DNA of 64,000 nucleotides from Alphaproteobacteria bacterium GWF2_58_20 (GTDB lineage: Bacteria > Pseudomonadota > Alphaproteobacteria > UBA1247). Shown piece after piece: positions 18,539-27,808 of this stretch. Each line of letters opens with the position of its first letter. Within the stretch, counting starts at the first letter, position 1. The stretch covers positions 10,168 through 74,167 of the forward strand of contig MEMB01000004.1 in the NCBI GenBank assembly GCA_001768735.1, read 5' to 3'. Under the pieces are notes generated by a model that saw nothing but the letters and a program-made list of their open reading frames with translations, did not search any database and was not told the DNA's origin. The position numbers and the translations under genes are program-made.

Positions 18539-19873
18539 ATGACAAACGCCAAAGCCCCGCAGGTGACAACCCTCCCCAACGGCCTCAGGATCGTTGTGGA
18601 CGAAAGGCCGGGAAGCGGTTTTGTCAACATGGGCCTCTACCTCATGTATGGCAACATGGATGATCCGCAGGGGCTTGAAGGACTTTCCTGCATGGTGGGC
18701 GACATGCTGATGTGGGGCTCGCCCAGCTACAGCCGCAAGAACATCCTGGATTTTTGCAAAAACGGCAACGAAATCTTCGTTGTCACGGAGACGGAACATA
18801 CCCACTTCATGGCCACGGTCTTTCCGGAAAATCTCGAAAACGCCCTTTCCATTTTCACCAGCGTCATCCAGAACCCGCTCCTTCTGCAGGAAAGCCTGGC
18901 CTATGAAAAGCACATGGCCATGCAAAACATCAAACGCAGCCGGGAAAATCCGAAAGCCGTCCTGGCTGGCCTGCTGAAAGCCATTGCCTTCAAGGATCAG
19001 TCCGTCGGCCGCACCGCCAGCGAGGAAAGCATCAGCCGCATTACGCGTGAACATCTTGCAGCGCAGCTTGAGGCGTTTTACGTTCCCTCCGCCATGGTCC
19101 TGGCCATCTCCGGCGATAAGGACAAGGAATCAGCCATTGCCCTGGCCACGAAGACCCTGGGCACGCTCCCAACCAAGGCGGCACCCGTCCGCACCGCCCC
19201 CATCTTTGTCGGCGGAGACAGCCGCCTTGCACAGGACCGCAGCCAGACGGGCATCCGCCTGGCCTTCCCCTCCCCCGGCATCAACGACAGCGACCGCCAT
19301 GCGGCCATCATGCTGGGCCAGATCCTGGGCGGCAGCATGGACTCCCGCCTGTTCCTGGAAGTCCGGGAAAAGCGCGGCCTGGTTTATGGCATTTCCGCCA
19401 GCAACCTCGCCATGCAGCACGGCGGCCTGTTTGTGGTAGCCGCAGGCACCGGCGACGACGCCAAGGCGGAAAGCAAAAACATCGAGACCATGATTCCCGT
19501 CATCTGCCACGAACTTCTCGACACCACCCGCAACATCACCCCGGAAGAACTGCAACGAGCCCAAAACAGCATCCGGATGAGTTTCGCGCAAGCCAATTGT
19601 TCCTCCGCGAGCATGTGCGCCTTCATGGGGACGACAACCCTGCTTGCGGGCCAGCCTCGCGAACGCTCGGAATCCCTGCGCATTTACCAGACGGTAACCC
19701 CGGAGGACATCAATCGGGTGGCCCAGCGCATTTTCTCCGCCAAGCCTGCCTTTGCCGCCGTCGGCCCACTCGAAGGCCTTCCATCCTATGAGGAAATCCT
19801 GCGCCTGATGCAAAAGGAACCCCAAAAGAAAACCCCGGACAGCCCGGCCCCTTCCATGGCCCCCCGTTCCTGA
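18539..19873 (+). CDS. M16B paralog, copy 2, zinc site lost (alpha-subunit-like)
   Basis: HxxEH replaced by CMVGD; distal ligand position MQN instead of LQE; LGGSMDSRLFLEVREKRGLVY retained; ATG 18539 after AAAGGA. Confidence 0.9.
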   Translation: MTNAKAPQVTTLPNGLRIVVDERPGSGFVNMGLYLMYGNMDDPQGLEGLSCMVGDMLMWGSPSYSRKNILDFCKNGNEIFVVTETEHTHFMATVFPENLENALSIFTSVIQNPLLLQESLAYEKHMAMQNIKRSRENPKAVLAGLLKAIAFKDQSVGRTASEESISRITREHLAAQLEAFYVPSAMVLAISGDKDKESAIALATKTLGTLPTKAAPVRTAPIFVGGDSRLAQDRSQTGIRLAFPSPGINDSDRHAAIMLGQILGGSMDSRLFLEVREKRGLVYGISASNLAMQHGGLFVVAAGTGDDAKAESKNIETMIPVICHELLDTTRNITPEELQRAQNSIRMSFAQANCSSASMCAFMGTTTLLAGQPRERSESLRIYQTVTPEDINRVAQRIFSAKPAFAAVGPLEGLPSYEEILRLMQKEPQKKTPDSPAPSMAPRS

Positions 19874-19905
19874 TCCCGCACAGCCATTCCCGAGGAATTC
19901 CCATC

Positions 19906-21212
19906 ATGACAAAATCCACACCCTTCAAGACCGCCACCCTGAAAAACGGCTTCCGCATCGTGGTGGACGAGCGCCCGGGCATCGGGTTCGTGAAAACCGG
20001 CATCTGGGTCAAGTGCGGTTCCGTCGACGAGCACCGCTCCATCGCCGGGATCTCCCATTTCATCGAACACATGGTGTTCAAGGGAACGGAAAACTTCTCG
20101 CAGGCCAACATCAAGGAAATCGAGAAGCAGGGCGGGGAGTCCAACGCCTACACCTCCTATGACATGACGGCCTACCATGCCACGGTGTTTCCGGAGCATT
20201 TCGCAAAGACCCTTGACCTGATTTCCGACATGGTGCTGTTCCCGACCCTCGCCCACGACATCGACCAGGAACGCGGCGCCGTGCTGCAGGAAATCAAGGA
20301 ATACGCCGACAAGAGCAGCAGCGTCCTTATCAACGCCATGATCAGGAATAGCTTCCGTGACCAGGCCATCAGCTGGCCCATCCTTGGCACACAGGAAACG
20401 GTGTCGGCATGACATCCTCGACCCTCATCGCCTACCACGCCGCCCATTACACGCCAAACAACATGGTTCTGGCCGTTTCCGGCGACGTCACGTTTGAAGA
20501 GGTGATGGCCCTCGCCACAAGGAAACTGGAAGATGTTCCGGCTTTCGAGCAACGCCCCCGGCCGGTTTTCCGGCATACCGGCGGAGAAACCGTCCACCTC
20601 CCCTACAGCGGGGAAGACATGAAGGGCTGGATCTGTTTTCCCGGCATCTCCAGGAATGACCCGGATCACGCGGCCGTCAACATCATGAGCCATATCCTCA
20701 ACCACCGGTTCAATGATGAAATCCAGGAAAACCGGAAAATCGCCTGCAGCACAACCGTTGGACACATGAACCACGCCGATGCCGATGGTTTCGTTGCCGG
20801 CACTTTTGGATCCCCGGAAACCATCGCGCAGGCCCTGCCCGTCCTCTTCCAGGAAATCCGGAACATCCAGAAAAGTGTCCGGCCTGAGGAAATTGCCCTG
20901 GCCCGGGACAGCCTGCGCATGGAATTTGTCCAGGGACTCGAAAAACCGGAGGACATGTGCATGGCCATCGGCAGCCACATGATTGTGTCCGGCACCATGT
21001 TTGACCCACAGGCCGAACTGAGGGCCAGCGCCAAGGTGACCGCACAGGATGTCCAGCGGGTGGCGCGCCGCATCTTCTCCGGCCTGCCCAGCATGACCTT
21101 CATGGGCGCGACCCTGCCCCTGCCCACCCCGCAGGAAATCCGCGCCATGGTGCGCACGCATCCCCAAAATCCCTGCGCCCTGCCTGCCCCCGGCCTCCGC
21201 CCCTGCATGTAA
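19906..21212 (+). pseudogene. M16B paralog, copy 3, split by a 1-nt frameshift into 19906-20412 and 20409-21212 (pseudogene, split gene or sequencing error)
   Basis: HFIEH, SNAYTS and VLQE are intact in part 1; ...GTQETVSA* followed by MTSSTLIAYH aligns without a gap to copy 1 GTTESVSRLTRDDLTGFI. Confidence 0.8.
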
Positions 21213-21234
21213 CCCCCGCCAAGGATACAGGAAC

Positions 21235-22569
21235 ATGACAACGCAGCCCAAGACCCTCACCCTTCCCAACGGCCTCACCATCGTGGTGGACGAACGCCCG
21301 GACGCCGGACGCGTCACCTGCGCCATCGGCATCCGCAGCGGCAGCGATCATGAACCCGCGGAACTCTGCGGCATTTCCCACTTGATTGAACACATGGTTT
21401 TCAAGGGATCCGCCAAATACACCCGGCAGGAGATTGCCGCCATCGAGGATCTTGGCGGAGATACCGGAGCCTCGACCTGCGGGGATTGCACCCTTTACTC
21501 AAGCAACTGCTTCCCGGAAGATTTCCCCCATGTTTTCGACATCCTGTCCGACATGGTCTTGCACCCCACATTTCCCGAGAATGAATTCTCCAAGGAACGC
21601 AAGGTTATCCTGGGAGAAATCGGGGAAAGCGAGGACGATCCGGACGACACAGCCACCGTCCTGACCCTCCGGCACATTTTCCAGGATTCCCCTGCGGGGA
21701 GGCCCACCCTCGGTTTCCGGAAAACCCTTAGAAAAATGACTCCGGACATTCTCAGGGCCTACCATGCCAGCCACTACACGGCCAGCAACATGGTGGTTTC
21801 TGTCTGTGGCAACATCACCGTGGAAAACGTCAGAAACCTTGTCCAAAACAAAATGCAAAACCTGCCGGCAGGACAGGAGAACACCTGCCCGCCTCCCAGC
21901 TATACCCCCGTCGATGTCCGGATCAATGCCAAATTGAGCCAGACGCAAATCCGTCTGGCTTTTCCGGGAATCCGGAAAACCGATCCGGATTATCCCGCAG
22001 CCATCACGCTACAGAACATCCTGAGTGGCGGAATTTCCTCCCGCCTGCATGAATGCGTACGCGAACGGAACGGACTCGCCTATTCCATTGCTTGCTCGCA
22101 CGAGCTCATTGCCGGCGAAGGCGTCTTCATGGTCTTCACTTCCACCGGTATTGGCCAGGCCGGCGCCATGACCGAAACCCTTTGCAAAGCCCTCGTTGAG
22201 GCAACCCGGACCGTCTCACAGGGAGAAATCCGCAAAACGGTCGCGAGCATCCGCATGGGACTTGTCATGGAAATGGAGGGCATGGGTGGCCTGGATACAT
22301 GCCATGCAGAGGACGTCCTTGCCAAACGCCACCTCGGCACATCCATGGATACCCTGGAAAAATACAAGACCGTGACACCGGAAGACGTGATGCGGGTAGC
22401 CAAGCGGATTTTCTCTGCCAAGCCATCGCTCGTGGCCTACGGCCCCCTCAAGGGCCTTCCCGGCATGCCGGAGATCGAAGAGATGCTGCGGGGCAAAGCG
22501 CCAAAACCGCAGGCCGCGCGCAAAAAGCGCCCGCCGGCCCCGGCGCCCAAGCCGCCCGGAACCCCCTGA
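21235..22569 (+). CDS. M16B paralog, copy 4
   Basis: GISHLIEHMVFKGS, ERKVILGE, LSGGISSRLHECVRERNGLAY; Pro/Lys-rich tail. Confidence 0.92.
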   Translation: MTTQPKTLTLPNGLTIVVDERPDAGRVTCAIGIRSGSDHEPAELCGISHLIEHMVFKGSAKYTRQEIAAIEDLGGDTGASTCGDCTLYSSNCFPEDFPHVFDILSDMVLHPTFPENEFSKERKVILGEIGESEDDPDDTATVLTLRHIFQDSPAGRPTLGFRKTLRKMTPDILRAYHASHYTASNMVVSVCGNITVENVRNLVQNKMQNLPAGQENTCPPPSYTPVDVRINAKLSQTQIRLAFPGIRKTDPDYPAAITLQNILSGGISSRLHECVRERNGLAYSIACSHELIAGEGVFMVFTSTGIGQAGAMTETLCKALVEATRTVSQGEIRKTVASIRMGLVMEMEGMGGLDTCHAEDVLAKRHLGTSMDTLEKYKTVTPEDVMRVAKRIFSAKPSLVAYGPLKGLPGMPEIEEMLRGKAPKPQAARKKRPPAPAPKPPGTP

Positions 22570-22586
22570 GCCGCACACAAAACGCG

Positions 22587-22615
22587 AAAACGCCCGCAGC
22601 GATGCGGGCGTTTTT
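22587..22615. terminator. Bidirectional intrinsic terminator
   Basis: AAAA-CGCCCGCA-GCGA-TGCGGGCG-TTTTT between convergent genes. Confidence 0.8.
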
Positions 22616-22668
22616 CATGAAAAGCTTGGCAAGATGTTCTGGCAGGACCCCGAAGGCCCCAAAAAGCG

Positions 22669-23244
22669 TCAGGCGTGCCCGGATTCCGCCGACAGGGACG
22701 GCAGGTCAATCCCCATCTTCTGCAGTGCCCTTTCCCACTTGATGGCCACTTCCACATCAAAAATGAGTTCCGGCGAAGCGGGCGCGCTGATCCATGAATT
22801 GGCCTGCATTTCCTCCTCGAGCTGGCCCGGGGTCCAACCTGCATACCCCAGCAGCAGCATATGCTTCCTGGGCCCCTCCCCCTTGGCAATGGCCTGCAGG
22901 ATGTCCAGCGTGCCTGTCAGGGCAATGCCGTCCTCAATCACCATGCTGCCTTCCTGGAGAAAATCGGTTGTATGCAAGACAAAACCGCGACCGGCTTCCA
23001 TCGGGCCGCCGAAATGCACCTTTTGGTCTTCCTTCGGTTGAATCGTCTTGATTCCCACCTGGTCCAGAAGATCCGAAAACATGACCGACCCAAAAATCCG
23101 GTTGATGACAAGACCCATGGCTCCATGTTCATTATGGGAACAGATGTAAATGACCGAGCGGATAAAGCGCGGATCCACCATGGCAGGCATGGCCAGGAGA
23201 ACATGCCCTTTAAGGTATTGCTTCTCGAGTGTGTTCTGGCCCAT
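22669..23244 (-). CDS. YqgE/AlgH family protein
   Basis: LLAMPAMVDPRF, GAMGLVIN, FGGPME, LGYAGWTPGQLEEE, SGHA; ATG 23244 after GGAGGA. Confidence 0.93.
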   Translation of the reverse strand: MGQNTLEKQYLKGHVLLAMPAMVDPRFIRSVIYICSHNEHGAMGLVINRIFGSVMFSDLLDQVGIKTIQPKEDQKVHFGGPMEAGRGFVLHTTDFLQEGSMVIEDGIALTGTLDILQAIAKGEGPRKHMLLLGYAGWTPGQLEEEMQANSWISAPASPELIFDVEVAIKWERALQKMGIDLPSLSAESGHA

Positions 23245-23280
23245 TATTCCTCCCCGATGAAACCATTGTAAGTCATTCTG

Positions 23281-25263
23281 ATGAAAAAAGCTATCCTCAC
23301 TCTCGCCCTGATTGTTTCTTTTCAAACGGCACGCGCGGAAATTGCATCCTCATGGCAAACGGACGGCGCGCTTTCCGCACGCCTTTTGTCCTCGGAAACC
23401 GCCACCGGAACTCTGCCGGAAATTGGGGCAGGGCTTGAAATTTCCCTTCAGGAGGGCACCAAGCTTTACTGGCGCAGCCCCGGCGATGCGGGCATTGCGC
23501 CTACCTTTGACTGGACAGGTTCCGAAAACCTGAAAAACACCGAAATCCACTGGCCGGCGCCTGTCCGCCATTCTGAATTCGGATTTGAAAGCCATGTGTA
23601 TGAAGGGCATGTCCTGCTGCCCATCAGCCTGGTTCCGGAAACCGCCGGGAAGCCACTCCGGGCCACCCTGGAACTGGAAGCCCTGCTCTGCAGCGAACTC
23701 TGCACCCCCACCCACCTGAACCTGAATCTGGAAATTCCTGCCGGAACTGCCGGCCTCACCCCGGATGCCAACCGCCTGGCCGAAGCCATCGCCAGCCTGC
23801 CCGCCCCGGAAGGCCCGGAAACCGGCACCATCCGCGAGGCAACCTTTGCAGACGGCATTCTTTCCGTGACCGTTGCAACGCCCTCCCCCCTTTCCCATCC
23901 GGATATTTTCGTGGAAACGGATGCCGTTGCCTCCTTTGATGCCCCACAGGTGGAAACCCGTGCGGACGGACGAACCACCACCTTCCACCTGCGCATGCGG
24001 CCTTCGGCCATTGCGCCGGAAACCCTGGTCGGCCTTGCCATGACCTTTACCATGACCGGTGGCGCAAGGGCCCTGGAAACAACGGCCATCGTCACGCCGC
24101 CCACCCTTGCGCGTCCTGCCGAAAGTGCCCCGGCTATCCCTGAGACATCCGCCCTGGCCACAAGGCAGGAAAATGCCGTTCCCAGCCCGGCCATGACAGG
24201 GCCGACTCTCGCAGCCAAACAGGCCCTCCCGACACTTTCAGCCGCCACCATCATCCTCATGGCCCTTCTGGGCGGACTGATCCTGAATGTCATGCCCTGC
24301 GTCCTGCCCATCCTCTCGCTCAAGCTGCTTGCCGTCCTGCGTCACGGCGGCGCAGAGCGTCGGGCCATCCGCACGGGTTTCCTTGCTTCGTCTGCGGGAA
24401 TCCTCACCTTTTTTGCAGGCCTTGCGGGGATGGTCATCCTGCTGAGATCCATGGGCATTTCCGTAGGCTGGGGCTTCCATTTCCAGCAACCGGCCTTCAT
24501 CGCCTTCCTCATGCTGCTCATGCTGGTCTTCGCGGCCAACATGGCCGGGCTTTTTGAAATTCCCGTACCGGCACGCCTTGTCCGTTCCGGTGGCGGCCAT
24601 TTCCTGGAAGGGCTGCTGGCCGCCGTCATGGCCACCCCCTGTTCGGCTCCCTTCCTGGGCGTCACCGTTGGTTACGCGCTTTCGCGGGGGCCCACGGAAA
24701 TCCTCATGGTTTTCATGGCTTTGGGCTTCGGCCTTGCTGCGCCCTTCCTTCTGGTGGCGCTTGTCCCTGGTCTGGTGAAAACCCTGCCAAAACCCGGCGC
24801 ATGGATGGTTCACCTCAAGCGGGGCCTGGCTTTGGCCCTGGTTGCCACCGCCCTCTGGCTTGGCAGCGTTCTGGCTGGACAGCTGCTTCCTGCACCGGAA
24901 CAGGCGGGGGCATCCCTGTGGCGCCCCTTTGCCCCAGAAACCATTCCCTCCGCCCTCGCAGACGGAAAAACCGTCCTGGTTTCGGCCACCGCCGACTGGT
25001 GCCTCACCTGCAAGGCCAACGAAGCCCTGGTTTATGAAAATGAAAAAATCCGCAAGGCGCTTTCCGCCCCACAGATCGTGGCCATGCGCGCCAACTGGAC
25101 CCGCCGGGATGAAGCCGTGGCCACTTTCATGGCCAGCCATGGACGCCGCGGCGTCCCCTTCACCATTGTTTTTTCAGGAAAACATCCACAAGGCCAGGTT
25201 TTGCCGGAAATCCTCACACCGGACACCCTGGCCGATGCCCTGGCCATTCCTCACCTGCCCTGA
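23281..25263 (+). CDS. Protein-disulfide reductase, DsbD/ScsB family
   Basis: [39 protein letters not shown]. Confidence 0.92.
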   Translation: MKKAILTLALIVSFQTARAEIASSWQTDGALSARLLSSETATGTLPEIGAGLEISLQEGTKLYWRSPGDAGIAPTFDWTGSENLKNTEIHWPAPVRHSEFGFESHVYEGHVLLPISLVPETAGKPLRATLELEALLCSELCTPTHLNLNLEIPAGTAGLTPDANRLAEAIASLPAPEGPETGTIREATFADGILSVTVATPSPLSHPDIFVETDAVASFDAPQVETRADGRTTTFHLRMRPSAIAPETLVGLAMTFTMTGGARALETTAIVTPPTLARPAESAPAIPETSALATRQENAVPSPAMTGPTLAAKQALPTLSAATIILMALLGGLILNVMPCVLPILSLKLLAVLRHGGAERRAIRTGFLASSAGILTFFAGLAGMVILLRSMGISVGWGFHFQQPAFIAFLMLLMLVFAANMAGLFEIPVPARLVRSGGGHFLEGLLAAVMATPCSAPFLGVTVGYALSRGPTEILMVFMALGFGLAAPFLLVALVPGLVKTLPKPGAWMVHLKRGLALALVATALWLGSVLAGQLLPAPEQAGASLWRPFAPETIPSALADGKTVLVSATADWCLTCKANEALVYENEKIRKALSAPQIVAMRANWTRRDEAVATFMASHGRRGVPFTIVFSGKHPQGQVLPEILTPDTLADALAIPHLP

Positions 25264-25691
25264 CGTGGAACCGCCGCGCGCGCGAGGACATCGACCCGCT
25301 CGTTCTCCGGATGGCCGGCATGCCCCTCCACCCAGATCCATTCCACGTCATGCGCGGCCATGGCGGTATCAAGCGCCTGCCACAAATCCTGATTCTTCAC
25401 CGGCTTGCGGTCCGAGGTTTTCCAACCATTGCGCTTCCAGCCGTGCATCCACCGCATCACGCCATCCCGAACATAGCGGCTGTCGGTGTGCAGGCGCACC
25501 CGACAGGGCCGCTTGAGGGCCGACAAGGCTTCAATCGCCGCCATCAGTTCCATCCGGTTGTTGGTGGTTTCCCTTTCGCCACCGGAAATTTCGCGTTCCA
25601 CACCGCCATAACGCAGCAACGCTCCCCAGCCTCCAGGGCCAGGATTCCCGCTGCATGCACCGTCGGTGAATATCTCCACATCCTTGCTCAT
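25251..25691 (-). CDS. rnhA: Ribonuclease HI
   Basis: [47 protein letters not shown]. Confidence 0.97.
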   Translation of the reverse strand: MSKDVEIFTDGACSGNPGPGGWGALLRYGGVEREISGGERETTNNRMELMAAIEALSALKRPCRVRLHTDSRYVRDGVMRWMHGWKRNGWKTSDRKPVKNQDLWQALDTAMAAHDVEWIWVEGHAGHPENERVDVLARAAVPRQGR

Positions 25692-25771
25692 GACATTTTC
25701 TCTACAGGAAACCCTTGCAGCATGGCAAAGCTTTTTCTACTATCCGCCGTCTTTTACTCCATGAGGTTTTC

Positions 25772-26290
25772 ATGCGCATCCTGCTCCCCCTGTCCTTCGC
25801 CCTGCTTCTGGCCGCCTGCCAGTCCGCCCCAATCCCGGCGCCCAAAGCCTGCCCGCGCATTGCTTTCGTGCCGGATGCGGAAACCGTTTTCCATTACCTG
25901 CCCGGCCGTTCAGGCGAGGATGAAGCCCTTGTTTCCCGTGCCGCGCTCGCCAACTACGGCGGCCAGTGCAGCCAGACGGAAGATGGCAAGATCGATGTGG
26001 AGATGTTCCTTGCCATCGCCGCCCAACCAGGCCCGGCCCTGGCGGGAAAGGAAGAGGGATACGATTATTTCGTGGCCGTCCTCGCGCCCGACGGAACGCC
26101 CCTGGCCAAAAAGGTCTTCCACCGCAGCATCCTTTTTGAAAAAAACGCCAAGGACAATACAACGTGGGTCGAAGAAAACCTGCACCAGCGCATTCCCCTT
26201 GCCTCCTGCGGTGATGGCGGCGCCTGCCAGATTGTCATTGGCTTCCAGCTCACTCCGGACGAACTCACCTTCAACCGCACACGGAAATGA
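25772..26290 (+). CDS. Putative lipoprotein
   Basis: MRILLPLSFALLLAAC lipobox; ACPRI and IGFQLT motifs as in conserved alphaproteobacterial lipoproteins. Confidence 0.75.
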   Translation: MRILLPLSFALLLAACQSAPIPAPKACPRIAFVPDAETVFHYLPGRSGEDEALVSRAALANYGGQCSQTEDGKIDVEMFLAIAAQPGPALAGKEEGYDYFVAVLAPDGTPLAKKVFHRSILFEKNAKDNTTWVEENLHQRIPLASCGDGGACQIVIGFQLTPDELTFNRTRK

Positions 26291-27666
26291 CAAAAACCTC
26301 CCTTTCCCGCGATAGTGTTTTTTACGCCCTGCTGGCGCTTGTCTTCATGGCCCCCCTGCCCTTTGGCGGCATCCTGCCTTCGGCATGGCTCCCCATGGCC
26401 ATGGCGTCCGGCCTGCTTCTGGCAGCCTTCGCCCTGACCCGGCTGAAGGCCGGTGAAACGCCCCCCGTCTCCCTCCGCGCCTGGCGCATTCCCCTTGGCC
26501 TGCTGGCCCTCGCCATGGCCTGGGGATTCCTGCAAACCCTGCCCGCATTTTCCCCCGGAATGGCCCATCCGGCATGGCAAATGGCCTCCGAGGCCACAGG
26601 GGTTCCCCTGACGGGACGCATTTCCATCAATCCTGGTGCGGGCCGCGACATCCTGCTGCGCTGGATGGCCAATCTTGCCGTTTTCTGGCTGGCCCTCAAT
26701 TATGGCCGGAAATCCGGCAACACCCGCGCCTTCCTGCGCACCTTCCTGCTGAGCGCCACAGCATGCGCCGTCTATGGCCTCTGGGTGGAAGGCAATGGCA
26801 GCGCCATGGTTCTGGGCATTGCCAAAATCCAATACAAGGAAAGCCTGACCGGAATCTTCATCAACAAAAACCATGCGGCAACCTTCCTTGGCCTTGGCAT
26901 CCTTTGCGGCCTTTCCCTGCTGGCCTCCACACTGGCATCCATCCCATCCACCCTTGGCCGCCGCGAAAAAATCCACATGATCGGACATGCCCTCTCTGGA
27001 TGGAATGCCCTGCCCGCCGCTTGCCTGGCCCTGCTTGTCCCCGCCCTGTTCCTGACCGATTCCCGGGCCGGTGTCGCCCTGACCCTCCTGGCATCGCTGT
27101 TCCTCATCGTGGCCGCACGCCTGACCAAGAGCATCAGCCGCACCACTTTTCTCATGCTTCTTGGACTGGCCCTGCTGCCCGTTCTTGGCTTCCTGCTTCT
27201 GGGCAACCATACCAACCTGGCCCAACGTTTTGGCTTTTTCGGACAGGACTGGGCCATCCGCATGAACATTTATGAAATCACCCTCCAGGCCCTCGGCCAT
27301 ACGCCTTTTGCCGGAACAGGCCTCGGTACCTTCCCGGACATCTTCCGCATGTACCATAACGGCCTCATGGACGGAGCCGTCACCCAGGCCCACAACACCT
27401 ATCTCGAACTTGCGCTTGAACTGGGAATTCCGGCCACCCTTCTCCTGCTGGCCGCCGGTGCCTGGCCCCTTGCCATTTGCGCCTGCGGCATGGCTGTCCG
27501 GCAGAAAAACCGGATCCTGCCCGCCACCGGCATGGCTCTGGCCTTGCTCGCCGGCCTGCATTCCGCCTTGGATTTCAGCCTGCAGATGCCCGGCCTGGCC
27601 CTGGCCTTCTGGGCGCTGATGGGTGCCTGCACGGCACAAGGCTGGAGCATGAGAAAGAGCATTTGA
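26287..27666 (+). CDS. O-antigen ligase (WaaL/Wzy_C) family membrane protein
   Basis: Many TM helices; FINKNH, SRAG, GTGLGTF, QAHNTYLE, LHSALDF. Confidence 0.88.
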   Translation: MTKTSLSRDSVFYALLALVFMAPLPFGGILPSAWLPMAMASGLLLAAFALTRLKAGETPPVSLRAWRIPLGLLALAMAWGFLQTLPAFSPGMAHPAWQMASEATGVPLTGRISINPGAGRDILLRWMANLAVFWLALNYGRKSGNTRAFLRTFLLSATACAVYGLWVEGNGSAMVLGIAKIQYKESLTGIFINKNHAATFLGLGILCGLSLLASTLASIPSTLGRREKIHMIGHALSGWNALPAACLALLVPALFLTDSRAGVALTLLASLFLIVAARLTKSISRTTFLMLLGLALLPVLGFLLLGNHTNLAQRFGFFGQDWAIRMNIYEITLQALGHTPFAGTGLGTFPDIFRMYHNGLMDGAVTQAHNTYLELALELGIPATLLLLAAGAWPLAICACGMAVRQKNRILPATGMALALLAGLHSALDFSLQMPGLALAFWALMGACTAQGWSMRKSI

Positions 27667-27733
27667 AAAGGTAGGGGGAAGTTGTTATGCTGCGCACCAT
27701 GCTTTTCGTTGCGGACACTTTGCGAATTACGAA

Positions 27734-27774
27734 CCCGGCACCCTGACAGGGATTGCCGGGCCGCTTTTCCTTTT
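27734..27774 (+). terminator. Hairpin with a pyrimidine tract upstream of ileS
   Basis: CCCGGCA-CCCTG-A-CAGGG-AT-TGCCGGG followed by CCGCTTTTCCTTTT. Confidence 0.4.
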
Positions 27775-27808
27775 GCAAAATCCATCCGCTTCCATAAGGG
27801 GTTTTCCC

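Noticed and set aside
21195-21212. C-terminal ...RPCM of M16 copy 3 as a CaaX prenylation motif
   Set aside because: The Cys is second from the end, not fourth
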